A stretch of DNA of 64,000 nucleotides from Acidobacteriota bacterium (GTDB taxonomy: Bacteria; Acidobacteriota; CAIWXX01). Positions 28,192 to 37,136 of the stretch are shown here, one piece after another. Position numbers and translations under genes: made by a program. The DNA lies in NCBI GenBank assembly GCA_040755995.1, contig JBFMAF010000032.1, positions 225,306 through 289,305 on the forward strand, given 5' to 3'. Positions within the stretch are counted from its first letter, which is position 1, and each line of letters opens with the position of its first letter. The notes under the pieces were generated by a model. That model was given only the letters and a program-made list of their open reading frames with translations, searched no databases and was not told the origin of the DNA.

Positions 28192-29069
28192 GCGGCCTGT
28201 CCCGCGTCGAGGTTGGTGACGAGATAGGCGTCTTCGAGATTCGCCTCGGCCTCAAGCGCGGCTGAAAGGGCCGCTCCGTCGCCGACGTATCGAACGTGCA
28301 CCCCATCGGCTCTTCGCACAATCGACGACACGGCCACGCGCTTCTGGAGGCCGGCGAGTTCGGCGGATGGGACAACAGCTGTGAAGACTCGTCCTTCAGC
28401 CTTCTTGAGAAGCTCATCGGGTGTGGAGTGCGCCACCAGGCGCCCGCGCCGGATTATCGCGATCTTCCCGGCGACGGCCTCGACGTCCGAGACGATGTGG
28501 GTCGAGAGAATCACGATCCGCCCGTGCGCGATCTCCGAAAGCAGATTGCGGAACCGGACGCGCTCCTCAGGATCCAGCCCGACCGTGGGCTCGTCGACGA
28601 TTACGAGCCTGGGGTTGCCCAGCAGCGCCTGGGCGATCCCGATACGTTGCCGCATCCCGCCGGAGTAGCCTCCGAGCCGGCGATCGGCTGCATGATGGAG
28701 ATTCACGAGATCGAGCATCTCGCGCACGCGTCGTTCGAGATCCCTGCCCGAGAGCCCCTTGAGGCGCCCGAGATAGCGAAGAAACTCCCGCCCGCTCAGA
28801 CGGTCGTATACGCCGAAGTCTTGTGGGAGATAGCCCAGTTCGCGCCGCACAACGAGCGGCTCGGCAACGCCGTCCCGGCCATCCCACAAAAACGTGCCGC
28901 CCGTCGGCGACGTGATCGTTGCGAGCATGGACATGAGCGTCGTCTTCCCGGCACCATTGGGGCCGAGCAATCCCAAGACCCCTTCTTCGACTGACAGCGA
29001 GAAGTCTCGAAGCGCCTCCGTGCCGTCCGAGTACCGCTTCGTCAGATTTCGGATATCGAGCATGGCCAC
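28188..29069 (-). CDS. ABC transporter ATP-binding protein
   Basis: GPNGAGKT, YSGGMRQR, IVDEPT, STH. Confidence 0.95.
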   Translation of the reverse strand: MAMLDIRNLTKRYSDGTEALRDFSLSVEEGVLGLLGPNGAGKTTLMSMLATITSPTGGTFLWDGRDGVAEPLVVRRELGYLPQDFGVYDRLSGREFLRYLGRLKGLSGRDLERRVREMLDLVNLHHAADRRLGGYSGGMRQRIGIAQALLGNPRLVIVDEPTVGLDPEERVRFRNLLSEIAHGRIVILSTHIVSDVEAVAGKIAIIRRGRLVAHSTPDELLKKAEGRVFTAVVPSAELAGLQKRVAVSSIVRRADGVHVRYVGDGAALSAALEAEANLEDAYLVTNLDAGQAA

Positions 29070-29260
29070 ACCTCTTCGTCATTCTACGACGACCGCGGGC
29101 GTGAAGTTCCGGCAAGTACAATGCAAAGGGCACACACGTGGACTGGTAGCGCACGCGTACGCGCCTTGAACCGCCGTCTTCCTGCGGGTACAATGTGTCT
29201 ATTGCAAGGTGCAGCCGAAAGGGCACAAGGATTGATTTGGACTCTACAAGGGAGGCAGCG

Positions 29261-29662
29261 ATGCGCAGAGCAATACTGATCACCGTCATCCTCGCAGCCG
29301 TGAGCATTAGCGCGGTAGAGGCCGGTCAGACTCAGAACGGATACGCTTACGACCCTGCGGGCCGGCGTGATCCGTTCACGTCTGCGGCGGTCCCTCCGGG
29401 CAAGCCGGGATGTAGTCTGGGCCTGGCCTGCGTCGAGGTGTCGCAGGCCGCTCTGATGGGGATCGCGAAGGACTCGATCGGCTGGATGGCAATGCTGAGA
29501 GGGCCGGATGGCACGGTCTACCTCGCTCGCGTTGGGGCGAGGCTCTTTGACGGCTGCATTCTTGCCGTCAACGAAGACAGCGTGATATTCCGCGTCAAGG
29601 TCCAGGATGCTTTTTCGCCCAACAAAGAGCGAGATGTCACAAGGGCGTTGCTGCGAGGATAG
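29261..29662 (+). CDS. pilP: PilP-like pilus assembly protein (orphan)
   Basis: Signal peptide, YDPAGRRDPF, L.GI...AML..PDG..Y..RVG..L..G.I. Confidence 0.7.
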   Translation: MRRAILITVILAAVSISAVEAGQTQNGYAYDPAGRRDPFTSAAVPPGKPGCSLGLACVEVSQAALMGIAKDSIGWMAMLRGPDGTVYLARVGARLFDGCILAVNEDSVIFRVKVQDAFSPNKERDVTRALLRG

Positions 29663-29828
29663 ACGGTATACAGGACCCGCATAGAGCCGTCCAGCTCCCC
29701 ACCGGCCGACATGATCTCACTGCGACAAGAGGGAGTCTGCGGACCTCGATCGCTCTCGATCAGATTCAACCCCACTGGAGCGAGCTCTGTCGACGCCGGC
29801 CACGAGCTCCAACCAAACAGCAAGGACC

Positions 29829-30773
29829 ATGAACATGGACCTGTTTCAAGAAACCATCCGGTTCCTCAAACCCGACTGCACGCGCCCGGGTCACTTCCTC
29901 CTGACTGAACCGCACCTGCTCTATCTGTCGGACGACCAGGCGGACGCCTACCTCGATGCAATGAAGAGCGAGGCTTACAGCTCATCATTTCACGGGCCGA
30001 CGGTCCAGATCATCAAGTCGAACCTCGCAGCCATCTTCTCGGACATCGGAGCCGGTGTGTCATTGATAGACCTTGGGCCCGGCTATCCAGACAAGAGTCT
30101 GCCCATGGTGCGGTTTCTGAAGGACAAGGCGGTGCCATGCAGATATGTGCCGATTGACATCAGCCAGCCGTTTCTGGATCTCGCAGTGAGCCACATCGAA
30201 CCCTTTGTGGAGCGGGCCTACCCTGTACATGAACCATTCGAGACATGTGCCGGCCAGATCCCTGCAGAGATCTATCAGCACACCACCTACTGCATGATAG
30301 GATTGACCTTCATGAATTTCCCGCCCGAATCGCTGCTGCCTCTGTTGAAGCGCATTGCGGGCGACCGCGGGCGCGTTATCATCGCGAGTGAGTTGCTCAC
30401 CGCACAGAAGACCTCAGAGGCTGTCTTGATGTCGTATCGGACGAAGGAGGCCCAGGCCGTGGGCTTCGGACCACTGAGACACCTCGGCATCCGCGAGAAC
30501 GATGTGACGTATCGACCCATATTTGCGAACGGCCGTGTGGAGCTTCATTACAGGCTGGAGCGGGAGCCAGACCGGGCCCTGCAGGCTGCGGGTCTGACGT
30601 CCGGGCACACCATCGTGACTGCCGTGTCCTACCGCTATACCCATGAACAGCTCGAACAGCTGCTCGGGCAGTACTTCGATTCGTACAAGGTGTTTCCGTT
30701 CCATGACGGAGGCGAGGCGGTTGCCGTGGGTCAGAACCAGGCGAGACGCGGCCTCGGACCGGCCAGCTCCTGA
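29829..30773 (+). CDS. EgtD-like (Methyltransf_33) SAM-dependent methyltransferase
   Basis: LIDLGPG..DK, YVPIDIS..FL, G.TF.NF, T..SYRY. Confidence 0.7.
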   Translation: MNMDLFQETIRFLKPDCTRPGHFLLTEPHLLYLSDDQADAYLDAMKSEAYSSSFHGPTVQIIKSNLAAIFSDIGAGVSLIDLGPGYPDKSLPMVRFLKDKAVPCRYVPIDISQPFLDLAVSHIEPFVERAYPVHEPFETCAGQIPAEIYQHTTYCMIGLTFMNFPPESLLPLLKRIAGDRGRVIIASELLTAQKTSEAVLMSYRTKEAQAVGFGPLRHLGIRENDVTYRPIFANGRVELHYRLEREPDRALQAAGLTSGHTIVTAVSYRYTHEQLEQLLGQYFDSYKVFPFHDGGEAVAVGQNQARRGLGPASS

Positions 30774-31022
30774 CGCACCCGTGCCCGGGCCGCAGGCCGG
30801 TGCGCACACCCGGGCCCCCCGACAGTGGCCGCACGCCGGAACGGGTGCGCGCCCCCCGTTGGATACGGCCTTGAGGCACTGCTCCAACAACACGACTCAA
30901 TCGCGGCACGTTCTTCGCCTCAAGCCGCCTGGCTACGAATTGCCATCTCGGTGTGTCTAAATGTGGTAGAGACGACTGTCAGAAGGTGCAAAGCGATGGA
31001 ATCGAAACTCGGGTAGCGCGCA

Positions 31023-32522
31023 ATGGTATTCAGCTCGCAGCTCTTCGTCTTCTGCTTCCTGCCGCTGGCGCTTTGCGTGTACTACGCGTTGCCGGCGCGC
31101 GGCCGGCAGGCCGCGCTGACAATCCTGAGCTACATCTTCTACGGTTGGTCGAATCCCGCGTTTCTCCTCCTGCTGATGTTCTCCACGGTGCTCGACTACA
31201 CCGGCGGACTCGTCATCTCACAGAACGGTCTGCGATGGCCCTCGCTGCCTCCGCGCCAGCTCGACTCCGCCACCAAACAAAGCCGGCTCCAGCGATGGAC
31301 GTTGATTGCGTGCATGACGGGCAACCTGTGCCTTCTCGGTTTCTTCAAGTACTTCAACTTCGCCGTCGACAACTATAACGCTCTACTGGCCGCCCTCGGG
31401 TTCGCCGGCCTGCGCTTCGACGACGTCTTGCGCGTGACGCTGCCTCTCGGGATCAGCTTCTACACGTTTCAGACGATGAGCTACACGATCGACGTCTACC
31501 GCGGCAAGGCCTGTGCAATCCGCAACTTCGTCGACTTCGCCTGCTTCGTGTCGATGTTCCCGCAGCTTGTGGCCGGACCGATCGTGCGCTTCACGGATGT
31601 TTCCGATCAGCTGCGGCACCGATCGCACACGCTCGAAAGATTCGCGCGCGGCGCGGCGATGTTCTCGGTCGGGATGGCCAAGAAGATTCTGCTGGCGAAT
31701 CCGTGTGGAAAGGTGGCGGACACGGTTTTCAGCGCCGGATCGATCACCTCCTTCGACGCGTGGTACGGTGTCGTCGCTTACTCGTTTCAGATCTACTTCG
31801 ACTTCAGCGCCTATTCCGACATGGCCATCGGGCTTGGGCTGATGTTCGGGTTCGTCTTCCCCAAGAACTTCGACTCGCCGTACCGGTCGGAATCCATAAC
31901 CGAATTCTGGCGCCGGTGGCACATCTCGCTCTCGACCTGGCTCCGCGACTATCTCTTCCTGCCGGTCTCGTACGCGATCCTACGGCGAGTCCAGGGCGAC
32001 CGCGTCCTGCGGTTCTTCAAGACCGAGTCGTTCGCGTACACCAGCGCGACCATGCTCACGATGTTCCTCGGCGGCCTCTGGCACGGCGCCGCATGGCACT
32101 TCGTGCTGTGGGGTGCCATGCACGGCGTGTGGCTGGCTATTGACCGGATGGCCCTGAAGCGGAGCGCCTACCGCAGGGTGCCACGGCCCTTCAGGGTTGG
32201 CATCACTTTTCTGCTCGTCATGATCTCGTGGGTCTTTTTTCGCGCAGACAGCATCGCACACGCGGCGCAGTACTGCATGCGGATGGTGGGGGCCGGTGAA
32301 TGCGGCCCGGGGGCAGTCATGGTAGGCGGCATCATCCACAACCCCTACTACCTGTCCACACTGATCATCGCAGCAGCCGTGACCTGGACGTGCCCTCAGA
32401 CGTGGGATTGGACTCGCAATCTGAGCTGGCAGAAGGCGCTCCTGTCAATCATCCTCCTCTCGCTCTCGCTGGGGATCATGACGACACAGGCTTACAACCC
32501 GTTCATATATTTCATCTTCTGA
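31023..32522 (+). CDS. algI: MBOAT O-acyltransferase, AlgI/DltB-like
   Basis: MVFSS..F...FLP, LPLGISFYTFQ, FPQLVAGPI, FWRRWHISLS, GLWHGA. Confidence 0.9.
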   Translation: MVFSSQLFVFCFLPLALCVYYALPARGRQAALTILSYIFYGWSNPAFLLLLMFSTVLDYTGGLVISQNGLRWPSLPPRQLDSATKQSRLQRWTLIACMTGNLCLLGFFKYFNFAVDNYNALLAALGFAGLRFDDVLRVTLPLGISFYTFQTMSYTIDVYRGKACAIRNFVDFACFVSMFPQLVAGPIVRFTDVSDQLRHRSHTLERFARGAAMFSVGMAKKILLANPCGKVADTVFSAGSITSFDAWYGVVAYSFQIYFDFSAYSDMAIGLGLMFGFVFPKNFDSPYRSESITEFWRRWHISLSTWLRDYLFLPVSYAILRRVQGDRVLRFFKTESFAYTSATMLTMFLGGLWHGAAWHFVLWGAMHGVWLAIDRMALKRSAYRRVPRPFRVGITFLLVMISWVFFRADSIAHAAQYCMRMVGAGECGPGAVMVGGIIHNPYYLSTLIIAAAVTWTCPQTWDWTRNLSWQKALLSIILLSLSLGIMTTQAYNPFIYFIF

Positions 32523-32531
32523 AGGTAGACC

Positions 32532-34166
32532 ATGCGACGAGGACTGAACGTGAGCCGCGCCGAGACCGCAGCCGTCGAGCTCGGGCACACCTTTATCCGT
32601 AAGCATACCGCCTGGGCGCTCATCGTGGCGTTTCTGACGACGATTCTCTCGCTGCCGCTGGCCTCCGCGGTGCTAAACGGATTACCGGGGCGGGGTACGG
32701 TCCGTGCCGCAGCAGAGCGATTCGTCGAGCTGCGACGAGCCTTCGCGGATTCGCCCGTGAGCGGGAACAACATGCTGCTCGCGCAGCTGCGCGGCTTCGA
32801 AGACCGGCTCGACCGGGGCTCTGTGCTGGCGCAAAGCCTCGTGCCACCCGTCCAGTGGATCCTGACCGCGGTCATGGGACTGGGCAATGAGCGGGCATAC
32901 GATGGAAGGGGGGGGTGGCTGTACTATCGACCCGACGTGGAGTACGTTACCGGTCCCGGCTTCCTGGACGGAGAGGTCCAGGCGGCGCGCGCTCTCTCTG
33001 GAGACTCCTGGCGCGCTCCGATACAGCCGGACCCCGTACGCGCCATAGAGGACTTCGCCGAAGAACTGTCGCGCCGCGGCATCCACCTCATCGTGATGCC
33101 TACGCCGGTCAAGCCTGTCATTGAACCGGAGCACTTCGCCAGGAGAGCGACCGCGCCGTTGCAAAACGCTTCCTTTGACCGCTTCTGCGCCCTGCTTCGA
33201 GATGCGAAGATCGAGGTATTCGATGCGACGGATGCGCTGATGCGGTCGAGAAGCCGAGGGCCACAGTTCCTGCGAACCGATTCGCATTGGACGCCTGAGG
33301 CAATGGAGGTCACGGCGGGCGAGCTGGCGAGGCGGGTACAGAGCGGATTCGCCCGTGTCGTGGAGTACGAGATGACCACCGTCACGGTGCGGAACCGCGG
33401 TGATCTTGCCATCATGCTCGGGCTGCCCGAGTCACGTAACCCCTTCACGTTCGAAGAAGTGCAATTGCATCGCGTTCGCATGCCCGGCGGGGCGCCGTGG
33501 GAGCCCGATCGCAACGCGGACGTGCTGCTGCTCGGCGACAGTTTTGCCAACGTCTACTCGCAGGAGGCGCTCGGCTGGGGCGTCTCGGCCGGGCTCGCCG
33601 AGCAGCTCAGCTACTTCCTCAGGCGCCCGATCGACCGCATCGCGATCAACGACGATGGCGCTTTCGCCACTCGACTGGAGCTCGCAAGAGAGCTCGCGCG
33701 CGGCGAAGACCGCCTGGCGGGGAAGTGCCTCGTCATCTATCAGTTCGCAGTCCGCGAACTGACGTCCGGCGACTGGAGGATGGTCGATCTCGCACCGGTG
33801 CGTAAGACGGTGGAAGCTCCGGCAGCAGCCGGAGAGAGCGTTCTGTGCAGCGGAGTCGTGCGCGAGCTCACACCGCTCCCGGCGCCCGGCCGAACCCCCT
33901 ATCGCGACTGCGTGATCTCGATTCGCCTCGCCGACCTCCAAGTCGAACGCGGCGCGATAGCCGATTCGGAGATACTGGTCTACGCGATGGGGATGCGCGA
34001 CGCTGTACTCACTGACGCATCGCGGCTCATGCCAGGGCAGCGCATCCGGGTGCGCCTGGTCCCGTGGGAGCGAGTTGCCCCGGCGTATGAGGGCTACCAG
34101 AGACTGGAGCTGCCGGGCGACGACGCCTTCTTGCTGCCGGCGTACTGGATGGAGGCGATCTTATGA
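32532..34166 (+). CDS. AlgJ/AlgX-like SGNH O-acetyltransferase with extra C-terminal domain
   Basis: G..GWLYY, P.K, TDSHWT, LLGDSF. Confidence 0.85.
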   Translation: MRRGLNVSRAETAAVELGHTFIRKHTAWALIVAFLTTILSLPLASAVLNGLPGRGTVRAAAERFVELRRAFADSPVSGNNMLLAQLRGFEDRLDRGSVLAQSLVPPVQWILTAVMGLGNERAYDGRGGWLYYRPDVEYVTGPGFLDGEVQAARALSGDSWRAPIQPDPVRAIEDFAEELSRRGIHLIVMPTPVKPVIEPEHFARRATAPLQNASFDRFCALLRDAKIEVFDATDALMRSRSRGPQFLRTDSHWTPEAMEVTAGELARRVQSGFARVVEYEMTTVTVRNRGDLAIMLGLPESRNPFTFEEVQLHRVRMPGGAPWEPDRNADVLLLGDSFANVYSQEALGWGVSAGLAEQLSYFLRRPIDRIAINDDGAFATRLELARELARGEDRLAGKCLVIYQFAVRELTSGDWRMVDLAPVRKTVEAPAAAGESVLCSGVVRELTPLPAPGRTPYRDCVISIRLADLQVERGAIADSEILVYAMGMRDAVLTDASRLMPGQRIRVRLVPWERVAPAYEGYQRLELPGDDAFLLPAYWMEAIL

Positions 34167-35221
34167 CGCGCAGGGACATGCTGTGGCGAATGGCATGTGC
34201 ACTCCTCGGAATGCGGGCGTATGCAAACCCGCCGGCGCCGGATGAGTCCCTCGCCGCAGCTTTCCTCCAGGAGATGGCGGAGAGGAGTCGCGGGGCAACC
34301 GGGAGTGTCGTCGCGGGCAAGAACGGGTATCTGTTCTTCGTGCCGGAGCTGCGCCACCTCGGAGTTGGGCAGTTCTGGGGCGACGCGGCACTCCGCGTCA
34401 GCCGTGCGCCAGACCCCAATGACGCCGATCCGCTTCCAGCCATCCTGGACTTTCAGACGCAGCTGGCGAGGGCGGGAATCGAGCTCCTCTTCGTCCCTGT
34501 CCCGGCGAAGGCCATCGTCTACCCGGACATGATCTCGGATCGAGTGAAGATCGCCGGTGATCGCGCGCCCAGGCTCGACATTTGTCACCAGGCTTTCTAC
34601 CGGCTGCTTGGGGAACGCGGCGTCCACGTGCTGGATCTGACCGGCGAATTCCTCGAGAGACGCCGGAACACACAAGGCAGCCTGTACTGCCAGCAGGACA
34701 CCCACTGGTCCGGGCTCGCATGCTCGGTGGCGGCCGAAGCGATCGCGGCGCGGATTCTGCAGAAGGCCGGCCCGATAGCTCCGTCGATCGCGAGACGCTA
34801 CACGACCAAACCGCTCGTCGTCGAGATCACCGGCGATCTCTGGCGCGACCTTGCCGAACCGCGGCCGCCGCGCGAGAAGCTCCAGGTGCTGCAAGTCGGA
34901 TTGGCGACTCCGGACGGTTGGGTGCCAGTCGAGTCCTGGCGGCAGAGCCCCGTGCTGCTGCTGGGCGACAGCCACGATCTCGTGTTCCACGGAGGTGACG
35001 ACATGCACGCGCAGTCGGCCGGGCTGGCCGACCACCTCGCGCTCCACCTCGGCTTCCCCGCCGACCTCCTCGCCGTCCGCGGCTCGGGCGCGACGCCGTC
35101 GCGTGTGAATCTGCTACGCCGCGCCGACAACCTCGCCGGCAAGAGGGTCGTTATCTGGTGCATGAGCGTCCGCGAGTTCACGGAGGGCAGCGGGTGGAAG
35201 AAGGTGCCGGTGGTGAGGTAG
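34163..35221 (+). CDS. AlgJ/AlgX-like SGNH O-acetyltransferase with Tat-like signal
   Basis: MTRRD, GKNGYLF, PVPAK, DTHWS, LLGDS. Confidence 0.85.
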   Translation: MTRRDMLWRMACALLGMRAYANPPAPDESLAAAFLQEMAERSRGATGSVVAGKNGYLFFVPELRHLGVGQFWGDAALRVSRAPDPNDADPLPAILDFQTQLARAGIELLFVPVPAKAIVYPDMISDRVKIAGDRAPRLDICHQAFYRLLGERGVHVLDLTGEFLERRRNTQGSLYCQQDTHWSGLACSVAAEAIAARILQKAGPIAPSIARRYTTKPLVVEITGDLWRDLAEPRPPREKLQVLQVGLATPDGWVPVESWRQSPVLLLGDSHDLVFHGGDDMHAQSAGLADHLALHLGFPADLLAVRGSGATPSRVNLLRRADNLAGKRVVIWCMSVREFTEGSGWKKVPVVR

Positions 35222-35257
35222 CAGTTGGCAGTTGACGGTTGTCAGTTGACAGTTGTC
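35222..35257 (+). repeat. Heptamer tandem repeat CAGTTGN x5
   Basis: CAGTTGG CAGTTGA CGGTTGT CAGTTGA CAGTTGT directly after the stop codon. Confidence 0.85.
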
Positions 35258-35274
35258 GGACTAGACATCGGCCG

Positions 35275-35322
35275 TCAGCCACATCGCGCGGCCTCAGAAG
35301 TCATCGCCTGCTTGATCACCAC
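35275..35322 (-). pseudogene. Remnant of a MazF/PemK-like toxin start (MVIKQ)
   Basis: GTG GTG ATC AAG CAG overlaps the antitoxin TGG TGA, as in intact pairs. The frame closes after 15 codons. Confidence 0.55.
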
Positions 35323-35573
35323 GGTTCCGCCTCCTCGTGGCGGCGGCGGACACGCCGGATTCCTCGAAGCACCCTCCGTTCCTCCCGATCGACTCCGTCC
35401 GAGGAGACCCTGTTCAACTTCTCGAACAACCTGCAGTTGCGACGCCGCTCCAAGTACTCCCGGATGGCTTCGGCGTAGAGTCTGCTCCGGCTCACCCGCA
35501 ATTCTCGAGCGGTGCGTTCCGCTTGCTCATAAAGCGTTTCATCAAGCGGGATGACAGTCTTAATCGTACTCAT
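35316..35573 (-). CDS. RHH antitoxin (ChpI/MazE-like)
   Basis: KT.I.L...LYEQAE..A.EL.VSRS.LY.EAIREYL, ending in W. Confidence 0.75.
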   Translation of the reverse strand: MSTIKTVIPLDETLYEQAERTARELRVSRSRLYAEAIREYLERRRNCRLFEKLNRVSSDGVDREERRVLRGIRRVRRRHEEAEPW

Positions 35574-35727
35574 TGTCGCACCTTGACACTCAGGCTAAGT
35601 ATAGCATTGTAGCCGCATGTGAACCCGGACGGATCTGGAATGGGGCAGCTTCTGACGACCGGCGCCATTTTGAATCTTGCGGCTTTTGTGCGAGAATGTA
35701 GGGCTTTGCTGAGTCATGGGAGGGGCA

Positions 35728-36126
35728 GTGGGACAAGGTCGGAGACCGTTGAGGACGGGTGAGGTGGTCCAGCACGAGCTGATGCGGCTGATCCAGCGGG
35801 AGATGCACGACCCGCGGCTCGGCTTCGTTACCGTGACGGAGGTTCGCATGAGCCCGGACCTGCGGTCGGCGCGCGTGTACGTGAGCGTGATGGGCGAGGA
35901 GGAGAAGCAGAAGGAGACGCTCTCGGTGCTTCAGCACGCCGAAGGTTTCCTGCGCAACGGGCTTTCGAAGGTGCTGCAGATGCGCTTCACACCCGAGCTG
36001 CACTTCGTGCTCGACAGGTCCATCGAGCGGTCGATCCGAATCGAGGAGCTGCTGCACGAGGATGAAAAGCAGGTGGTCGAGAACCACGAAGATGAGAAGC
36101 ACGAGGATGAGAAGAAGGAGGAATGA
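35728..36126 (+). CDS. rbfA: Ribosome-binding factor A
   Basis: DPRLGFVTVTEV.MSPDL..A.VYVS...R.TPEL.F..D.S. Confidence 0.95.
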   Translation: MGQGRRPLRTGEVVQHELMRLIQREMHDPRLGFVTVTEVRMSPDLRSARVYVSVMGEEEKQKETLSVLQHAEGFLRNGLSKVLQMRFTPELHFVLDRSIERSIRIEELLHEDEKQVVENHEDEKHEDEKKEE

Positions 36127-37115
36127 TCCAGGTGCTGGACCAGATCGCTGAGGTGATGAGGCGGGGAAGCCGTTTCATGTTGACATCGCACCGGCGGCCC
36201 GACGGCGATTCGATAGGCTCGGAGCTGGCCATCGCCTTCACGCTCGAGCAGCTCGGCAAGGAGGCGGTCATCCGCAATCGCGACCCGCACCCGTCGGCCT
36301 ACCGGCGCATCCCGGGTGTCGACCGTATTCTCGTTGGTGATTGTCCGGAAGGCGAAGTCTTCGATGCCGTGTTCGTGATCGAATGCACCGAGGTCGAACG
36401 GCCCGGGCTCTCGCACCTCGACCGGTATTTCCTCATCAACATCGACCATCACTCCAAGAACCGCATGTTTGCCAACTTGAATTGGGTGGACACGGCCGCC
36501 TGCGCCGTGGGCGAGATGATCTACCGGCTGGTGAGGCACCTGGGCGTACGCCTGACACCGGAGATCGCCACGGCACTCTACGTGTCTATCTCGACCGACA
36601 CGGGCTTTTTCCATTTCAGCAACACGAACGCCCGGACTTTCGAGGTTTGCGCGGAGCTCGCCAAGGCGGGCGCCGACCCGGCATACGTCGCCGATGCGCT
36701 GACCGATCACAACCGCCCCGGTCAGATCCAGCTGCTCGGCCGCTGCCTCTCACGATTGGAGCTCCACTGGGATCTGCGCGCCGCTACGATCGCACTCTTC
36801 CTGAGCGACCTCGCTGAGATCGAGGTGACCGAAGGCGACACCGAGAACATCATCAACTACCCGCGCTCCATCGATGGGATCGACGTGGCGGTTTTCTACA
36901 AAGAGATAGCTCCCGGCGACTTCCGCGTGGGCTTCAGATCGAAGACGGACTTCGATGTAGCCGCGCTGGCGGCGGAATTCGGAGGCGGCGGCCACGCCCA
37001 GGCATCGGGATGCAGCGTGAGCGGCTCCTACGAAGAGGTGCGACGCAAGGTTCTGGGGGCGCTCAGAAAGCGCCTGGGCATGCCGCAGGCCGTCGCGGCC
37101 GACCCCGCCGCCTGA
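36123..37115 (+). CDS. nrnA: DHH/DHHA1 nanoRNase/pAp phosphatase
   Basis: H..PDGD..GS, IDHH, TDTG.F, GGGGH..ASG. Confidence 0.92.
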   Translation: MIQVLDQIAEVMRRGSRFMLTSHRRPDGDSIGSELAIAFTLEQLGKEAVIRNRDPHPSAYRRIPGVDRILVGDCPEGEVFDAVFVIECTEVERPGLSHLDRYFLINIDHHSKNRMFANLNWVDTAACAVGEMIYRLVRHLGVRLTPEIATALYVSISTDTGFFHFSNTNARTFEVCAELAKAGADPAYVADALTDHNRPGQIQLLGRCLSRLELHWDLRAATIALFLSDLAEIEVTEGDTENIINYPRSIDGIDVAVFYKEIAPGDFRVGFRSKTDFDVAALAAEFGGGGHAQASGCSVSGSYEEVRRKVLGALRKRLGMPQAVAADPAA

Positions 37116-37136
37116 CGTCGTGCCCGCCCCCACGAG

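Noticed and set aside
29221..29237. Sigma54 promoter upstream of pilP
   Set aside because: GGCAC-N5-TTGA lacks the conserved -12 GC, so it is too weak to call.
5651..30773. Ergothioneine pathway from the FGE-domain gene plus the EgtD-like gene
   Set aside because: The FGE protein is a secreted cassette product lacking the DinB-like EgtB domain, and the two genes are 23 kb apart.
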